This document shows, piece by piece, positions 48,019-57,771 of a stretch of DNA of 64,000 nt. This DNA is from Candidatus Pacearchaeota archaeon. GTDB lineage: Archaea > Nanobdellota > Nanobdellia > Pacearchaeales > GW2011-AR1. Under the pieces are notes generated by a model, which saw nothing but the letters and a program-made list of their open reading frames with translations, was not told where the DNA came from and searched no databases. How positions within the stretch are numbered: the first letter of the stretch is position 1; each line of letters starts with the position of its first letter. A program made the translations under genes and the position numbers. The stretch is from contig NZBT01000008.1 of the NCBI GenBank assembly GCA_002688015.1, positions 2,852-66,851 of the forward strand, written 5' to 3'.

Positions 48019-48825
48019 TTATTCTTTCCTAAGGGGTTCAGGTTTACTTTTCTCAGCAACAATCCCATGTGCAAATCTCATTGAAACCAATTTTATAAAA
48101 TCCAATACAGCATAATGTCTCGGAATAACAACTTCCAATTTCGGTTTTCTTTTTCCAATTTCCTTAACTATTCTTCTTGAAACATCCTCTGCCTCAATAA
48201 CTCCCTTAAACTCAGTTCCCTGAAAATTATCATAATCATCATAAAATCCAGTTCTAACAATTCCAGGAAGAACACAAGTAAACTTAATATTTTCATTTTC
48301 TGCTTTAAGGCCTTGTGTTAATGCAACAACTCCAGCTTTAGCAGCAGAATAACTGGCATGCCCCCATGAGCCCATCTTAGCACTCATGGAAGAAATATTA
48401 ATGATGTGCCCCCTTCCTCTATCAAGCATAGAAGGTAATACAGCATGCACCATATTCATTGTTCCAAGTAAATTAACTCTTACAATTTCTTCTTGCCTCT
48501 TCATCCCATTAGACAAGAACGGCTCATATCTATTAAATCCAGCAGAATTGATTAGAACATCCGGAACTCCAATTTCCCTAATTCTTCTTCCAATAACTTC
48601 ATGCACACGAGCTCCATCAGAAACATCAAAATAATCATGATAACTTCTAAAACCAAATTCACTTTCTATACCTTCAGCCAAATTTCCTAAATCAATCCCA
48701 TCTCTCTTTGCAAAAAGCACAGTCTGATATCCTTCTTCTGCCAAAGCCTTAGAACAAGCAAGCCCTATTCCACTTGAAGCACCAACAATAAACGCTAATC
48801 TTCTTTCTTTTCTTTCTCTTCCCAT
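48019..48825 (-). CDS. Short-chain dehydrogenase/reductase (classical SDR)
   Basis: FIVGASSGIGLA cofactor motif, NSAG, catalytic YSAAK; start placed at MGRERKERRLAFIVG. Confidence 0.8.
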   Translation of the reverse strand: MGRERKERRLAFIVGASSGIGLACSKALAEEGYQTVLFAKRDGIDLGNLAEGIESEFGFRSYHDYFDVSDGARVHEVIGRRIREIGVPDVLINSAGFNRYEPFLSNGMKRQEEIVRVNLLGTMNMVHAVLPSMLDRGRGHIINISSMSAKMGSWGHASYSAAKAGVVALTQGLKAENENIKFTCVLPGIVRTGFYDDYDNFQGTEFKGVIEAEDVSRRIVKEIGKRKPKLEVVIPRHYAVLDFIKLVSMRFAHGIVAEKSKPEPLRKE

Positions 48826-48832
48826 CTTAAAA

Positions 48833-49288
48833 TTATTTTCCCTTCCTTTTATACTTCTTTCTTTCTTCATCCCAGACAACAGGAAATTCATCTTCTAATT
48901 TAGCATTTCCAGCCCCCATCTCAACTTCATATTTCCTGACAGATCTTTTCCCATCTAAATCATACCCAACCCAAAGATTATTGTTTAGAACTCCTTGTGT
49001 AACATCATATCCTATATTTCTTGCCCCTTTGGGTAAATAAATTCTACAACTTCCTCTCTCTCCAAAAAGCCAATGGTTTCCCTTTATCTCAAAAAATTCT
49101 TTCCCTCTTTCAATTTCATAATTTCCTGCTTGAAACAACATTAAAGCAGGATGTCTTGGAAATCCAACAGCATATTCTCTCTCCCCTTCTCCAGCAGCAG
49201 GCATTGAGGAACATCCCGCTAAAACAGAAGTTGCAACAACAGCACACAGACCTACGTTTCTTAGACTCTCTCCTCTTCTTTCAAACAT
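48833..49288 (-). CDS. Predicted lipoprotein with bacterial-type lipobox
   Basis: N-terminus ...LCAVVATSVLAGCSS (L-A-G-C lipobox after hydrophobic core); 151 aa. Confidence 0.5.
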   Translation of the reverse strand: MFERRGESLRNVGLCAVVATSVLAGCSSMPAAGEGEREYAVGFPRHPALMLFQAGNYEIERGKEFFEIKGNHWLFGERGSCRIYLPKGARNIGYDVTQGVLNNNLWVGYDLDGKRSVRKYEVEMGAGNAKLEDEFPVVWDEERKKYKRKGK

Positions 49289-49367
49289 TTAATTTATTGT
49301 TACAAAGACATTATAAAGTTAGTGTTTCTCCAAAATATATCTTAAATAATTTCTAGAAATTTTATTT

Positions 49368-50132
49368 CTAAATACCAAATAACGCTTTATAGTTTCCCTC
49401 TATCACTTTTTCCACATCTCTCAAATCCAATTTTTTAATCTCACTTATCTTCCCATAAGAAGCAACAACATTAGCAGGCTCATTCTTCTTTCTTGCTTTT
49501 CTTCCTTCAGGATGCATGTATGGGCTATCTGTTTCGCATAATAACAAAGAAAGATCAACAAAATCAATAACTCCCCAAAACCAATCTGTTTTCACACAAC
49601 AAGTTGGAATACTTAAGCTCCATCCGTTCTTCATTATCTTCTTTACCAAATCCATATCCCCAAAGAAGCTATGCATAACAACCTTCTTTGCTCCCATAGA
49701 CTCCAAAATACCCACACACTCCCTTTCTGCTTCCCTTGAGTGTATTATTAAGGGTACATTCAGGTCTAAAGCCAAAGAAACAAACTTCCTAAAGATCTCT
49801 TCCCGTCTCTTCCTTCCCTTCTCGTCCAAGGTATTCTTAAAATCCATTCCAACTTCCCCAATTCCCAAGATTTTCTCTCTATTCTCTCTAATAAACTCAA
49901 TTTCCTTATCAATATCAGAATCTGTCATTTTCAGTGCATCATCAGGATAAATACCTAGAACACACTCAATTTCTTCATATTTCTCACTCTTTTCCAAAGC
50001 AAACCTATTTGTCTTAACATCTGTCCCCGCAGCAACAATCTTTCCAACACCTTTCTCTCTAGCATTATCTATTATTTTCTCAACATCTCCTAACATCTCC
50101 AAATGACAATGTACATCAATAAACATATCCAA
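49368..50132 (-). CDS. tatD: TatD-family metal-dependent hydrolase/DNase
   Basis: MFIDVHCHLE N-terminal motif and ...GEVGMD... / ...IHSR... / ...ETDSPY... TatD signatures. Confidence 0.85.
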   Translation of the reverse strand: MDMFIDVHCHLEMLGDVEKIIDNAREKGVGKIVAAGTDVKTNRFALEKSEKYEEIECVLGIYPDDALKMTDSDIDKEIEFIRENREKILGIGEVGMDFKNTLDEKGRKRREEIFRKFVSLALDLNVPLIIHSREAERECVGILESMGAKKVVMHSFFGDMDLVKKIMKNGWSLSIPTCCVKTDWFWGVIDFVDLSLLLCETDSPYMHPEGRKARKKNEPANVVASYGKISEIKKLDLRDVEKVIEGNYKALFGI

Positions 50133-50171
50133 AACAAAAAAAACGTTCTATAAAAACTTATTCAATAAAAA

Positions 50172-51002
50172 TCACTTCTTCTTTCCAACCGCAGAAATAT
50201 TCCCAAAATTTTTCCAAGAAGATTCAAAAAGTTGCTCTAAACTTTGAGCCAAGAAACCAGTAGAAAGCCAAACACCAACATCATAGTTCGGATGAACTGT
50301 CTTATCATCAAGAAGCATAAACATCAATTGTTCAGAGTCAACAATTGCAAATCTTCCTGTAAGCCCAGAACTACTACTGTCCTTAACATCTGCAACTTTG
50401 GAAAGTTCTTTAGCAACCTTCACATTATCTTGACTGATAGGTGCAGCAATTCTTATATTAATCCCGCGCTTCTTTGCTTTCTCAAAAGCAGGCATCAAAG
50501 CTTCTAACTTTCTATTTATTCCATCTGCTGTTGTCACAAGTGTAATATTTTTCTCAGCTCCTCTAATCATCATGTCAAGATGGTTATACATATTCTGCCT
50601 TCCTCTCAAACTTCCAGACAAATCAGAGGGCTCAACAAATTTTATGCCATTAGTATAAATTCCACTTAACTCAGAAAGAACTTCATCACTCTTTAATTCA
50701 TCAAGTCTCTTACTTTTACCCTGTGCTTCCACAACAAGATTTCTCTTAACACGTTCAACAACTTCTTCAGGCTTTAACGCAACAAATTTAATAGGCTTTC
50801 CAATCTTCATAACAATAAATCCTTTCTTCTCCAAGCTTTCTAAGATATCATACGTCCTGCTTCTCGGAACATCAGAAATATTACTCAATTCTCCCGCAGT
50901 ACTTTGCCCCCTTGAAAGAAGTGCAGTCCACACCCTTGCCTCATACAAGTTAAGATCGAATATCTTTCTTAGTCTGCTTAAGAATTCTTCCTTTATTATC
51001 AT
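50172..51002 (-). CDS. TrmB-family transcriptional regulator (sugar-responsive HTH regulator)
   Basis: N-terminal wHTH LNLYEARVWTALLSRGQSTAGELSNISDVPRSRTYDILESLEKKGFI; start placed at MIIKEEF to avoid overlap with ileS. Confidence 0.75.
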   Translation of the reverse strand: MIIKEEFLSRLRKIFDLNLYEARVWTALLSRGQSTAGELSNISDVPRSRTYDILESLEKKGFIVMKIGKPIKFVALKPEEVVERVKRNLVVEAQGKSKRLDELKSDEVLSELSGIYTNGIKFVEPSDLSGSLRGRQNMYNHLDMMIRGAEKNITLVTTADGINRKLEALMPAFEKAKKRGINIRIAAPISQDNVKVAKELSKVADVKDSSSSGLTGRFAIVDSEQLMFMLLDDKTVHPNYDVGVWLSTGFLAQSLEQLFESSWKNFGNISAVGKKK

Positions 51003-51078
51003 TATAAATCCATGAACCTCTCCCTTTAAATAGATAATTATAGTATTTAAATGTTTTTGCAAAAGTACTATTAAAGAA

Positions 51079-53907
51079 TTACGAAAACTTAATTCCGAAT
51101 CTTTTTTCCTTAATAGTAAGAACATTCTTGCCTTTTTGATTTTTGTCGTCGACAAATTTCAATGTCTTGGAATTCGTTCTCTCTTTTATAAATTTTTCAT
51201 TCTCCTTCAGTAGAGAAATACCTTCTTCATTAGAAGAAGTCACAAGATCTACCAAATCTCCCTTTTTGAGCCCTTTCTGCTTTCTTTCGGCCTGAATTTT
51301 TCTTGAAATCTCTCTAGCAAAGCCCTCCGCTTCAAGCTCTTTTGTCATTTTCATGTCTAATTTAACTGAAATCATAGAGTCCTTTCCTCTTTTGAGAGCA
51401 ACAGACTTAACATTCAACTGTCTTGCAATAATCTCTAAAACATCTTTACTTAACTTTCCATCCACACTAACTTCAGCCTTAGCCAACGGCCATCTCAATC
51501 CTATTTGCGCCTTATCTCTCTCTTTCAAACCAGTTTCAATAACCTGCATAGCTTTTTCGAATTCACTTTCCAATTTTTTATCAATTTTCTTATTGTCTAC
51601 CTTTTCCCAAGAAGTCAAATGAACACTCTCTTCCTTTTGATTCATCTTTTGCCACAACTCTTCTGCCACGAAAGGCACTGTAGGACAAAACATCTTTAAA
51701 ATTCCAAGATAAATCTCTTTAAGCGTTTCCAATACAGAGGAATTCTCCCCAGCCTTATCTCTTACATATTTTATATAATCTCTTGACAGTGTTACATAAA
51801 GATCTTCAATATCTCCAATTGTTTCATCTAGTTTATATCCTTCAAATTTCTCCGTTACATCTTTCAAAGTAGAATGATACTTACTTAGAATCCATTTTTC
51901 TTCAATTCCTGGGCTACCTTTCTTCACTTTCTGAGCTTCCAAGTCAGTAATGTAATTAGCAATATTTGCAAGCATCATTAAATTTCTCTGTTTCACTTTA
52001 ACATCATCCCAACTAAAGTTAATATTCTCCCCAGCACTAACTTGACATATAAAATTCCTAAAAATATCAACACTATATTTATCAACAACTTCATATGGAG
52101 AAATAACATTTCCCAACGATTTTGACATTTTCTTCCCTCCAAAATCAAGCATCATTCCATGGGCAAACACATTCTTATAGGAACTCTTTCCAAACACAAT
52201 TGAAGAGCAGATTTGCAACATGCTAAACCAAAGTCTTGTTTGCTCTGTAGCTTCCAAAATCAAATCAGCTGGAAAATACTCTTTAATCAGCTTAGGATCG
52301 TTATACAGACAATTCCAACTTGCTGTTCCAGAATCAATCCAAACATCACTCACATCAGGAATTCTCTTGTATTTCTTTTCATTTTTCTCTATAACAATCT
52401 TATCAATCCAAGGTTTATGCACCTCTAGATCTGTAAATTTCTTCCCTGTTTCCTTTTCCAATTCTTCAACAGATCCAATGACAATTGTATCTTCCCCATC
52501 CTCAGAAACCCAAATAGGAACAGGGCATCCCCAAAATCTTTGTCTTGTAACACCATTATCTTTCAAATTCTCTGTCCATCTATCATAACTTTCTCCAGAT
52601 TTCTTCGGCTCCCAATGAACTTTTTCATTAAACTTTAACAATTTAGGAATCAAATCCTCTGTTTTCAAAAACCATTGCTCTGTCGTTCTAAACACAACGG
52701 GCTTATGACTTCTCCATGAATGAGGATATTCGTGTTCTACTTCAGTTTTAGCAAGTAAAACTCCTTTGTCCTCAAAATCTTTGATAAACTTACTGTCATC
52801 TTCTTTCGCAGTCCATCCTTTAAATGTTCCTTCACTCTCTATTTCTCCCTGTTCATTTAATGTATTAAATGCTTCAATTCCATATGGTTTACAAGCTTCT
52901 TGATCTTCAGGTCCACACCCAGGAGCGCTATGAACAAGTCCAGTTCCAGCAGTTGTATCAACAAACTCCTTACTCAAGATGACTGTATGAATCTTCTCCT
53001 GCCCGTGTTTTAATTCATCATAAACATTATTCATATCTTGATTTAAGAAATGCTCATATTCTTCTCCTTCCATCTCAGAGCCTTTAAACTCATCTACAAT
53101 CTCAAGTTTCTTCTCCAAAATTCCTGTAATAAAAGCTCCAGCAAGAGCCTTAGCCAAAATCCAATATTCTTCTTTTCCTTTATCACTCATTTTAACTTTA
53201 ACATAATCTAAATCTGGATTAACCATAATTGCTAAATTGTATGGAATTGTCCAAGGTGTCGTCGTCCAAACAATAAAATATTCATTTTCTTTTTCCTTTT
53301 TCTTAAATTTCAAAAATATACTCGTATCTTTTACATTTTTATATTCTAACTCATGCTTCGCTAAGCTCGTCTCAGTCTCCGCATCCCAATGCATTACTTT
53401 CTCTCCTTTATACAATCTCTTCTGATCCCAGGCACTCTTAAAAAAGCCCCATTGCCCAGAAATAAACTCCTTCTTGATGGGCATATAAGCATTTTTATGA
53501 TCAAGCCAAATTCCGAACTTCCACAAATCTTCATTCATATATTCTGCATGTTCCAAACTAAATTTCTCACATTCTTTAACAAACTTATCCATTCCATATT
53601 TCTCAATCTCTTCTTTAGTTTTCAATCCAAGTTTTTTCTGAACAGCATTTTCTGTTGGCAAACCATGCATATCATAGCCTGCACGATCCCACACATTAAG
53701 TCCTTGCATTCTCTTATAACGTAAAATCATATCTTTCAAAGAATTATTCCAAGCGTGTCCAATATGTATCTTCCCAGAGGTATAAGGAGGCCCTTGTAAG
53801 AAGTAGAACTTCTTCCCCTTAGAATTCTTCTTCTTTACCTTCTCATATATTTTCTTCTTCTCCCAAAATTTGAGAATTTCTTCCTCGGTTTTCTTAAAAT
53901 CTAACAT
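51079..53907 (-). CDS. ileS: Isoleucine--tRNA ligase (class I; compact 942 aa)
   Basis: HIGH motif PPYTSGKIHIGHAWN, YDMHGLP (cf. IleRS GWDCHGLP), RQRFWGCPVPIW (IleRS RQRYWG.PIP), KMSKSLGN. Confidence 0.75.
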   Translation of the reverse strand: MLDFKKTEEEILKFWEKKKIYEKVKKKNSKGKKFYFLQGPPYTSGKIHIGHAWNNSLKDMILRYKRMQGLNVWDRAGYDMHGLPTENAVQKKLGLKTKEEIEKYGMDKFVKECEKFSLEHAEYMNEDLWKFGIWLDHKNAYMPIKKEFISGQWGFFKSAWDQKRLYKGEKVMHWDAETETSLAKHELEYKNVKDTSIFLKFKKKEKENEYFIVWTTTPWTIPYNLAIMVNPDLDYVKVKMSDKGKEEYWILAKALAGAFITGILEKKLEIVDEFKGSEMEGEEYEHFLNQDMNNVYDELKHGQEKIHTVILSKEFVDTTAGTGLVHSAPGCGPEDQEACKPYGIEAFNTLNEQGEIESEGTFKGWTAKEDDSKFIKDFEDKGVLLAKTEVEHEYPHSWRSHKPVVFRTTEQWFLKTEDLIPKLLKFNEKVHWEPKKSGESYDRWTENLKDNGVTRQRFWGCPVPIWVSEDGEDTIVIGSVEELEKETGKKFTDLEVHKPWIDKIVIEKNEKKYKRIPDVSDVWIDSGTASWNCLYNDPKLIKEYFPADLILEATEQTRLWFSMLQICSSIVFGKSSYKNVFAHGMMLDFGGKKMSKSLGNVISPYEVVDKYSVDIFRNFICQVSAGENINFSWDDVKVKQRNLMMLANIANYITDLEAQKVKKGSPGIEEKWILSKYHSTLKDVTEKFEGYKLDETIGDIEDLYVTLSRDYIKYVRDKAGENSSVLETLKEIYLGILKMFCPTVPFVAEELWQKMNQKEESVHLTSWEKVDNKKIDKKLESEFEKAMQVIETGLKERDKAQIGLRWPLAKAEVSVDGKLSKDVLEIIARQLNVKSVALKRGKDSMISVKLDMKMTKELEAEGFAREISRKIQAERKQKGLKKGDLVDLVTSSNEEGISLLKENEKFIKERTNSKTLKFVDDKNQKGKNVLTIKEKRFGIKFS

Positions 53908-53931
53908 CTTTATATTCCGAGTTTTTAGCTT

Positions 53932-54207
53932 TTATACCTTGCCATTCCTAACAAATCTCTTATTCCCAGCCAAAAGAAAACTCACCAATCCTATGATTGC
54001 AACAAACCACATTGTCAGAGAAACAGCAACAAAGCCATATATCTGGAATCCAATTCCTCCCAAAATCCCTAAGATAATCAATATCCTAAAGTATTTCTTG
54101 TAAGCAACAAGTTCATCCCTAGAAAGCCAGGCTATCAAATATCCCACTGGGAAGGCAAAAAGCAAAAGCAACAAATTTATCCACAAAGCCATATAATGTA
54201 TTAACAA
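53932..54207 (-). CDS. Small membrane protein
   Basis: 91 aa, three hydrophobic helices. Confidence 0.35.
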   Translation of the reverse strand: MLIHYMALWINLLLLLFAFPVGYLIAWLSRDELVAYKKYFRILIILGILGGIGFQIYGFVAVSLTMWFVAIIGLVSFLLAGNKRFVRNGKV

Positions 54208-54277
54208 ATCTTCTTTAAATATCTTTCAGAAAAAACCATTTCAAAACACTTAAAAACCCTTTCCCCCCATATTAAAT

Positions 54278-54502
54278 ATGGCAGCTAAAAAGAAAGCTAA
54301 AGATGAATCTTCTGAACCACAAGGGAAAGAAATGACTCCAGGAGAGAGAATTGCTTATCATCAAGGAGCCTTAACAACTCTTATAGGTGAAAGAAACGAG
54401 TTATTCAAACTTGTTCAGATAACAGAACAATTAATGCAAGCTCACATTGAAGAACTTAAGAAACTTGGTGTTAAATTCCCAGACGCACCCCCTAAGGAAT
54501 AG
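54278..54502 (+). CDS. Hypothetical small protein
   Basis: 74 aa helical ORF; no motif. Confidence 0.3.
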   Translation: MAAKKKAKDESSEPQGKEMTPGERIAYHQGALTTLIGERNELFKLVQITEQLMQAHIEELKKLGVKFPDAPPKE

Positions 54503-54775
54503 TCAAGCGATTTTATCAATCTCTTGTGCAACTTCAAAATCCTTCGAAGTCAGGCCTTTCTCTTCATGAGTTGTTAAACTTATCTTTACTCTATTAAAAT
54601 CTATAACAATTCCAGGATGATGTTCCTGTCTTTCTGAAAGCTCAGCAATTCTATTAACAAAACTCATAGATTGCTTAAAATCCCTAAAATGAAAATCCTT
54701 AACAATACTTTCTCCTTCCAAAGCCCAATTACTAATCTTCTTCATATATTCATTGATTAATCCAAGCGAAAGCAT
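54503..54775 (-). CDS. Pterin-4a-carbinolamine dehydratase (PCD/DCoH)
   Basis: ...EHHPGIVIDFNRVKISLTTHE... conserved E-H-H-P core of PCD family. Confidence 0.8.
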   Translation of the reverse strand: MLSLGLINEYMKKISNWALEGESIVKDFHFRDFKQSMSFVNRIAELSERQEHHPGIVIDFNRVKISLTTHEEKGLTSKDFEVAQEIDKIA

Positions 54776-54818
54776 GATTCTTAAACAAAATCAGAATTAA
54801 AAAGCATTTCTATTCAAA

Positions 54819-55640
54819 TCAATCACCTGAGTTTTTCAGTTTTTGTAACTCTGCCCTGTCTAATGCAAGTCTTCTCTCAACTTCAGATATCTTCTCTCTA
54901 TTTGCTTCCATCTTCTTCATCTTTTCTATTTCTACTTTCGCTTCTTTTAACTGTCCTTCCAATCTAGCAACTTCAGAACTTTTCTCACTCGCCCCAAGAA
55001 ATCCAGGAGAACTTCCAGATTTTGGAACACTCCTCGGAATACTTCCCTTTATTGAAGGCCCAAATTTCATAACAACAATTAATAATACTCCAACCAAAAG
55101 AATTCCTCCAACAACATAATATATTGCCTTAGGAATTACTATCTTCTTACTAAATATAGCGCTTCCAGTTATCCCTTTATTCTCTTCTTCTGTTTCTTCA
55201 ACTACTTCAGGCTCTGCAGTGTCCTCCTCTGGCTCTTCAACTACTTCAGGCGCCGCAGCAGCTTCAGTTGCTTTTGCTTCATCCATAGCCTTATAGTTAT
55301 CAGAAACCTTTCCCGGAATCACTTGTAAATATATTGGCTCTCCAGCTGGAAAAGGTCCAAACTTTTCAAGCATAATTTTACTCCCGTCCTTACTAATCAA
55401 AACATTAACTTTTATTTCATCTTGACCGCCAGAATAAGTAACAGCTAATTCTCCACTATCCCCCGTATCTTTAAAAAAACTGTCCAAGAAAGTATATCCT
55501 TCCCCAGCTCCAAGAACTGTAACAACAGCTTTATGAACAGAAACAGTCCTAACATTAATTACCGTATCTGCAGCACTAACAAAACCAGTCAAAATAACGA
55601 CTAAAAAGAAAGCTGCTAAAATTATATTCCTCTTATTCAT
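54819..55640 (-). CDS. Surface/membrane protein: signal peptide, beta-domain, acidic PEVVEE repeats, TM helix, cytoplasmic coiled-coil
   Basis: 273 aa; MNKRNIILAAFFLVVILTGFVSA signal; PEVVEEPEEDTAEPEVVEETEEE; hydrophobic helix YYVVGGILLVGVLLIVV. Confidence 0.5.
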   Translation of the reverse strand: MNKRNIILAAFFLVVILTGFVSAADTVINVRTVSVHKAVVTVLGAGEGYTFLDSFFKDTGDSGELAVTYSGGQDEIKVNVLISKDGSKIMLEKFGPFPAGEPIYLQVIPGKVSDNYKAMDEAKATEAAAAPEVVEEPEEDTAEPEVVEETEEENKGITGSAIFSKKIVIPKAIYYVVGGILLVGVLLIVVMKFGPSIKGSIPRSVPKSGSSPGFLGASEKSSEVARLEGQLKEAKVEIEKMKKMEANREKISEVERRLALDRAELQKLKNSGD

Positions 55641-55699
55641 TTTCCCTCTCTCAACTACACGTTTTATTTATTTATAAATATTTTGATTCTGAATATATA

Positions 55700-55782
55700 C
55701 GCCCAGAGCAGGATTCGAACCTGCGAATCCGTGAGGAAACTGGATTAGCAATCCAGCGCTTTAACCACTCAGCCATCTGGGC
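55700..55782 (-). tRNA. tRNA-Ser (anticodon GCU), class II
   Basis: Acceptor GCCCAGA/TCTGGGC, anticodon stem CTGGA/TCCAG loop TTGCTAA, long variable arm, T-loop GGTTCGAATCC. Confidence 0.85.
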
Positions 55783-55811
55783 TTTTCAATTTTATAGAAT
55801 AAAACAGGCTT

Positions 55812-56051
55812 TTAAGCTTTATCATCTCTCTTTGCCCTCTTTTCTGCACGAGAAATCATCTCTTTCTTTAATCCAATAAAAACTCCACCTTTCTTGCTTC
55901 CAACGAAGCTCTTCTCCCCTGGCTTCATAATTTCGTTCAATTCATCAAGTTCAATATCAACATGCGTTACGGAAGCCCCGCTCTTTCCTTTAACGTGTAT
56001 GTACACATCCGCTTTCCCTATTTTTATTTTACCTTCTCCTGGTCCTGACAT
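55812..56051 (-). CDS. Hypothetical small beta-rich protein
   Basis: 79 aa, Gly/Lys-rich; between two tRNA genes. Confidence 0.35.
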   Translation of the reverse strand: MSGPGEGKIKIGKADVYIHVKGKSGASVTHVDIELDELNEIMKPGEKSFVGSKKGGVFIGLKKEMISRAEKRAKRDDKA

Positions 56052-56068
56052 TTTTCCTCTTTATTAAA

Positions 56069-56143
56069 TAGCGGGAGTTGGATTTGAACCAACGACCTCG
56101 AGGTTATGGGCCTCGCGAGCACTCCAGGCTGCTCCACCCCGCT
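56069..56143 (-). tRNA. Initiator tRNA-Met (anticodon CAU; A1:U72 archaeal initiator features)
   Basis: 5' AGCGGGGTGGAGCAGCCTGG... identical to archaeal initiator consensus; loop CCCATAA; T-loop GGTTCAAATCC. Confidence 0.85.
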
Positions 56144-56196
56144 ATAAAAATACTAATTAAGAATAGCCTTATAAAGCTAACTGTTCTAAATCTAAT

Positions 56197-56883
56197 ATGT
56201 CTCTCACAATAGGGATTGACGACGCAGGCCGCGGGCCAATAATCGGTCCAATGATCCTATCAGGAATACTTGTAGATGAAAATTCTCTTCAAATTCTAAA
56301 AAAATACAATATAAAAGACTCAAAACAACTTCTTCAGAATGCAAGAATAGAATTAGCAAAAGTAATCAAATCTTCTGCGTTATCATATCACACTGTCTCT
56401 GTTTCCCCAAAAGAAATTGATTCAGCCTTACAGTCAGACAGGTTAAATTTAAACACGTTAGAAGCAATAAAAGCAGCAGAAATTATTAATGAATTAAATG
56501 ACAAAAAGCAAAAGATAAAAGTAATCATAGATTGCCCATCAACAAATACAAAGAAATGGAAGTCTGATTTACTAAACTATATAGAAAATCCACAAAATCT
56601 AGATATAAAATGTGAACACAAAGCAGATGAGAATCATATCGAAGCTGCAGCAGCCTCAATTCTAGCTAAAGTCAAAAGAGAGGAAGAAGTTAGTAAGATA
56701 AAAGAAAAGTATCCTGACATTGGTTCCGGCTATCCTTCAGATCCAAATACAAAAGCCTTTCTTAAATCTCAAGGAAAGAAAATAGGAGACACTGGAATAA
56801 TAAGAAAGACATGGAAAACATGGACAAACCTCCATCCTGAAGATAAAATCAAAAAAGGACAAGCTTCACTAACTGATTTTTAA
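56197..56883 (+). CDS. rnhB: Ribonuclease HII
   Basis: N-terminal IGIDDAGRGPIIGPM (DEDD active-site Asp/Glu context) and ...DSKQL...; 228 aa. Confidence 0.9.
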   Translation: MSLTIGIDDAGRGPIIGPMILSGILVDENSLQILKKYNIKDSKQLLQNARIELAKVIKSSALSYHTVSVSPKEIDSALQSDRLNLNTLEAIKAAEIINELNDKKQKIKVIIDCPSTNTKKWKSDLLNYIENPQNLDIKCEHKADENHIEAAAASILAKVKREEEVSKIKEKYPDIGSGYPSDPNTKAFLKSQGKKIGDTGIIRKTWKTWTNLHPEDKIKKGQASLTDF

Positions 56884-57288
56884 TTAAAGCAAATAAGTAC
56901 TCAATTCTTTAACAGGTTGAATAACTTCAACATCTATCTTCTCTGCATCTACTCTATCAATAATAGCATCTCCTTCTACAATTCTTTCATTACCTACTTT
57001 CTCAATAGCTTGTGTAACATGTCTTACAAGATCATCATCAGAATTACTTCCCATAGGAAATCGGTATACTAAGGTTATACTTTGGTGTTTTGTACCATTT
57101 ACCTCATATCTTACATCCCAAACTTCAGTTCTAACAGGAACTATCAAATTTGTTTCAGAATCTCTTCCCATAACTTCTCCTTCTCCTAAATGGGCATCAA
57201 AGACCTCATCTAATGTTTCAGGAATAACATATCTCCTTCTATGGTCTTCAACATCTATTCCATTTTTATAAGCTTCTCTAACTATCAT
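56884..57288 (-). CDS. Hypothetical acidic protein, member of 3-gene set downstream of SMC-like ATPase
   Basis: 134 aa; Arg/Asp/Glu/Val-rich, Lys-poor relative to genome; no motif recognised. Confidence 0.45.
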   Translation of the reverse strand: MIVREAYKNGIDVEDHRRRYVIPETLDEVFDAHLGEGEVMGRDSETNLIVPVRTEVWDVRYEVNGTKHQSITLVYRFPMGSNSDDDLVRHVTQAIEKVGNERIVEGDAIIDRVDAEKIDVEVIQPVKELSTYLL

Positions 57289-57322
57289 ATAAATTCCAAA
57301 AAGAATCAGCTTTTAAACCTTA

Positions 57323-57751
57323 CTAATCAATATCTGTTACAGTAAGACCTACAGTTCCGAAAGAAAAACTGCCAGGATATTTCTGAAGCCCTGCATCAGC
57401 TCTCTCATAAAAATTAAGTGTTCTTGAAGGAATCCCTCCCCTTTTAAGAATTCTAGAGAATTGCTCTGCCTTTCTTTCCATTTCTCTTCTAAGCCTATCA
57501 TATTCTGCCTTTCTCGCTCCAGTATATTCATCAGAACTCGTTGTTCTCTGATTTCTTTTTACTATCTTCGGAGAACTTAAATCAAAAAAAGACACACCAA
57601 CAAAGTGAATTCTCTCCATCTCCATAAGGGGATCATCATACCCCACTTTTATTAAAGGGGCTCTTCCAAAAACCTCGCATTCTCTTCCTATCTTATCAAT
57701 AACTTCTCTTAAATTCCCCGGTCTCAAAAAAAGCCTATAACATAACGTCAT
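57323..57751 (-). CDS. Hypothetical Arg-rich protein, member of 3-gene set downstream of SMC-like ATPase
   Basis: 142 aa; ...YDRLRREMERKAEQFSRILKRGGIPSRTLNFYERADAG...; no motif recognised. Confidence 0.45.
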   Translation of the reverse strand: MTLCYRLFLRPGNLREVIDKIGRECEVFGRAPLIKVGYDDPLMEMERIHFVGVSFFDLSSPKIVKRNQRTTSSDEYTGARKAEYDRLRREMERKAEQFSRILKRGGIPSRTLNFYERADAGLQKYPGSFSFGTVGLTVTDID

Positions 57752-57771
57752 AGAGTCTCCAGAAAATTAAA

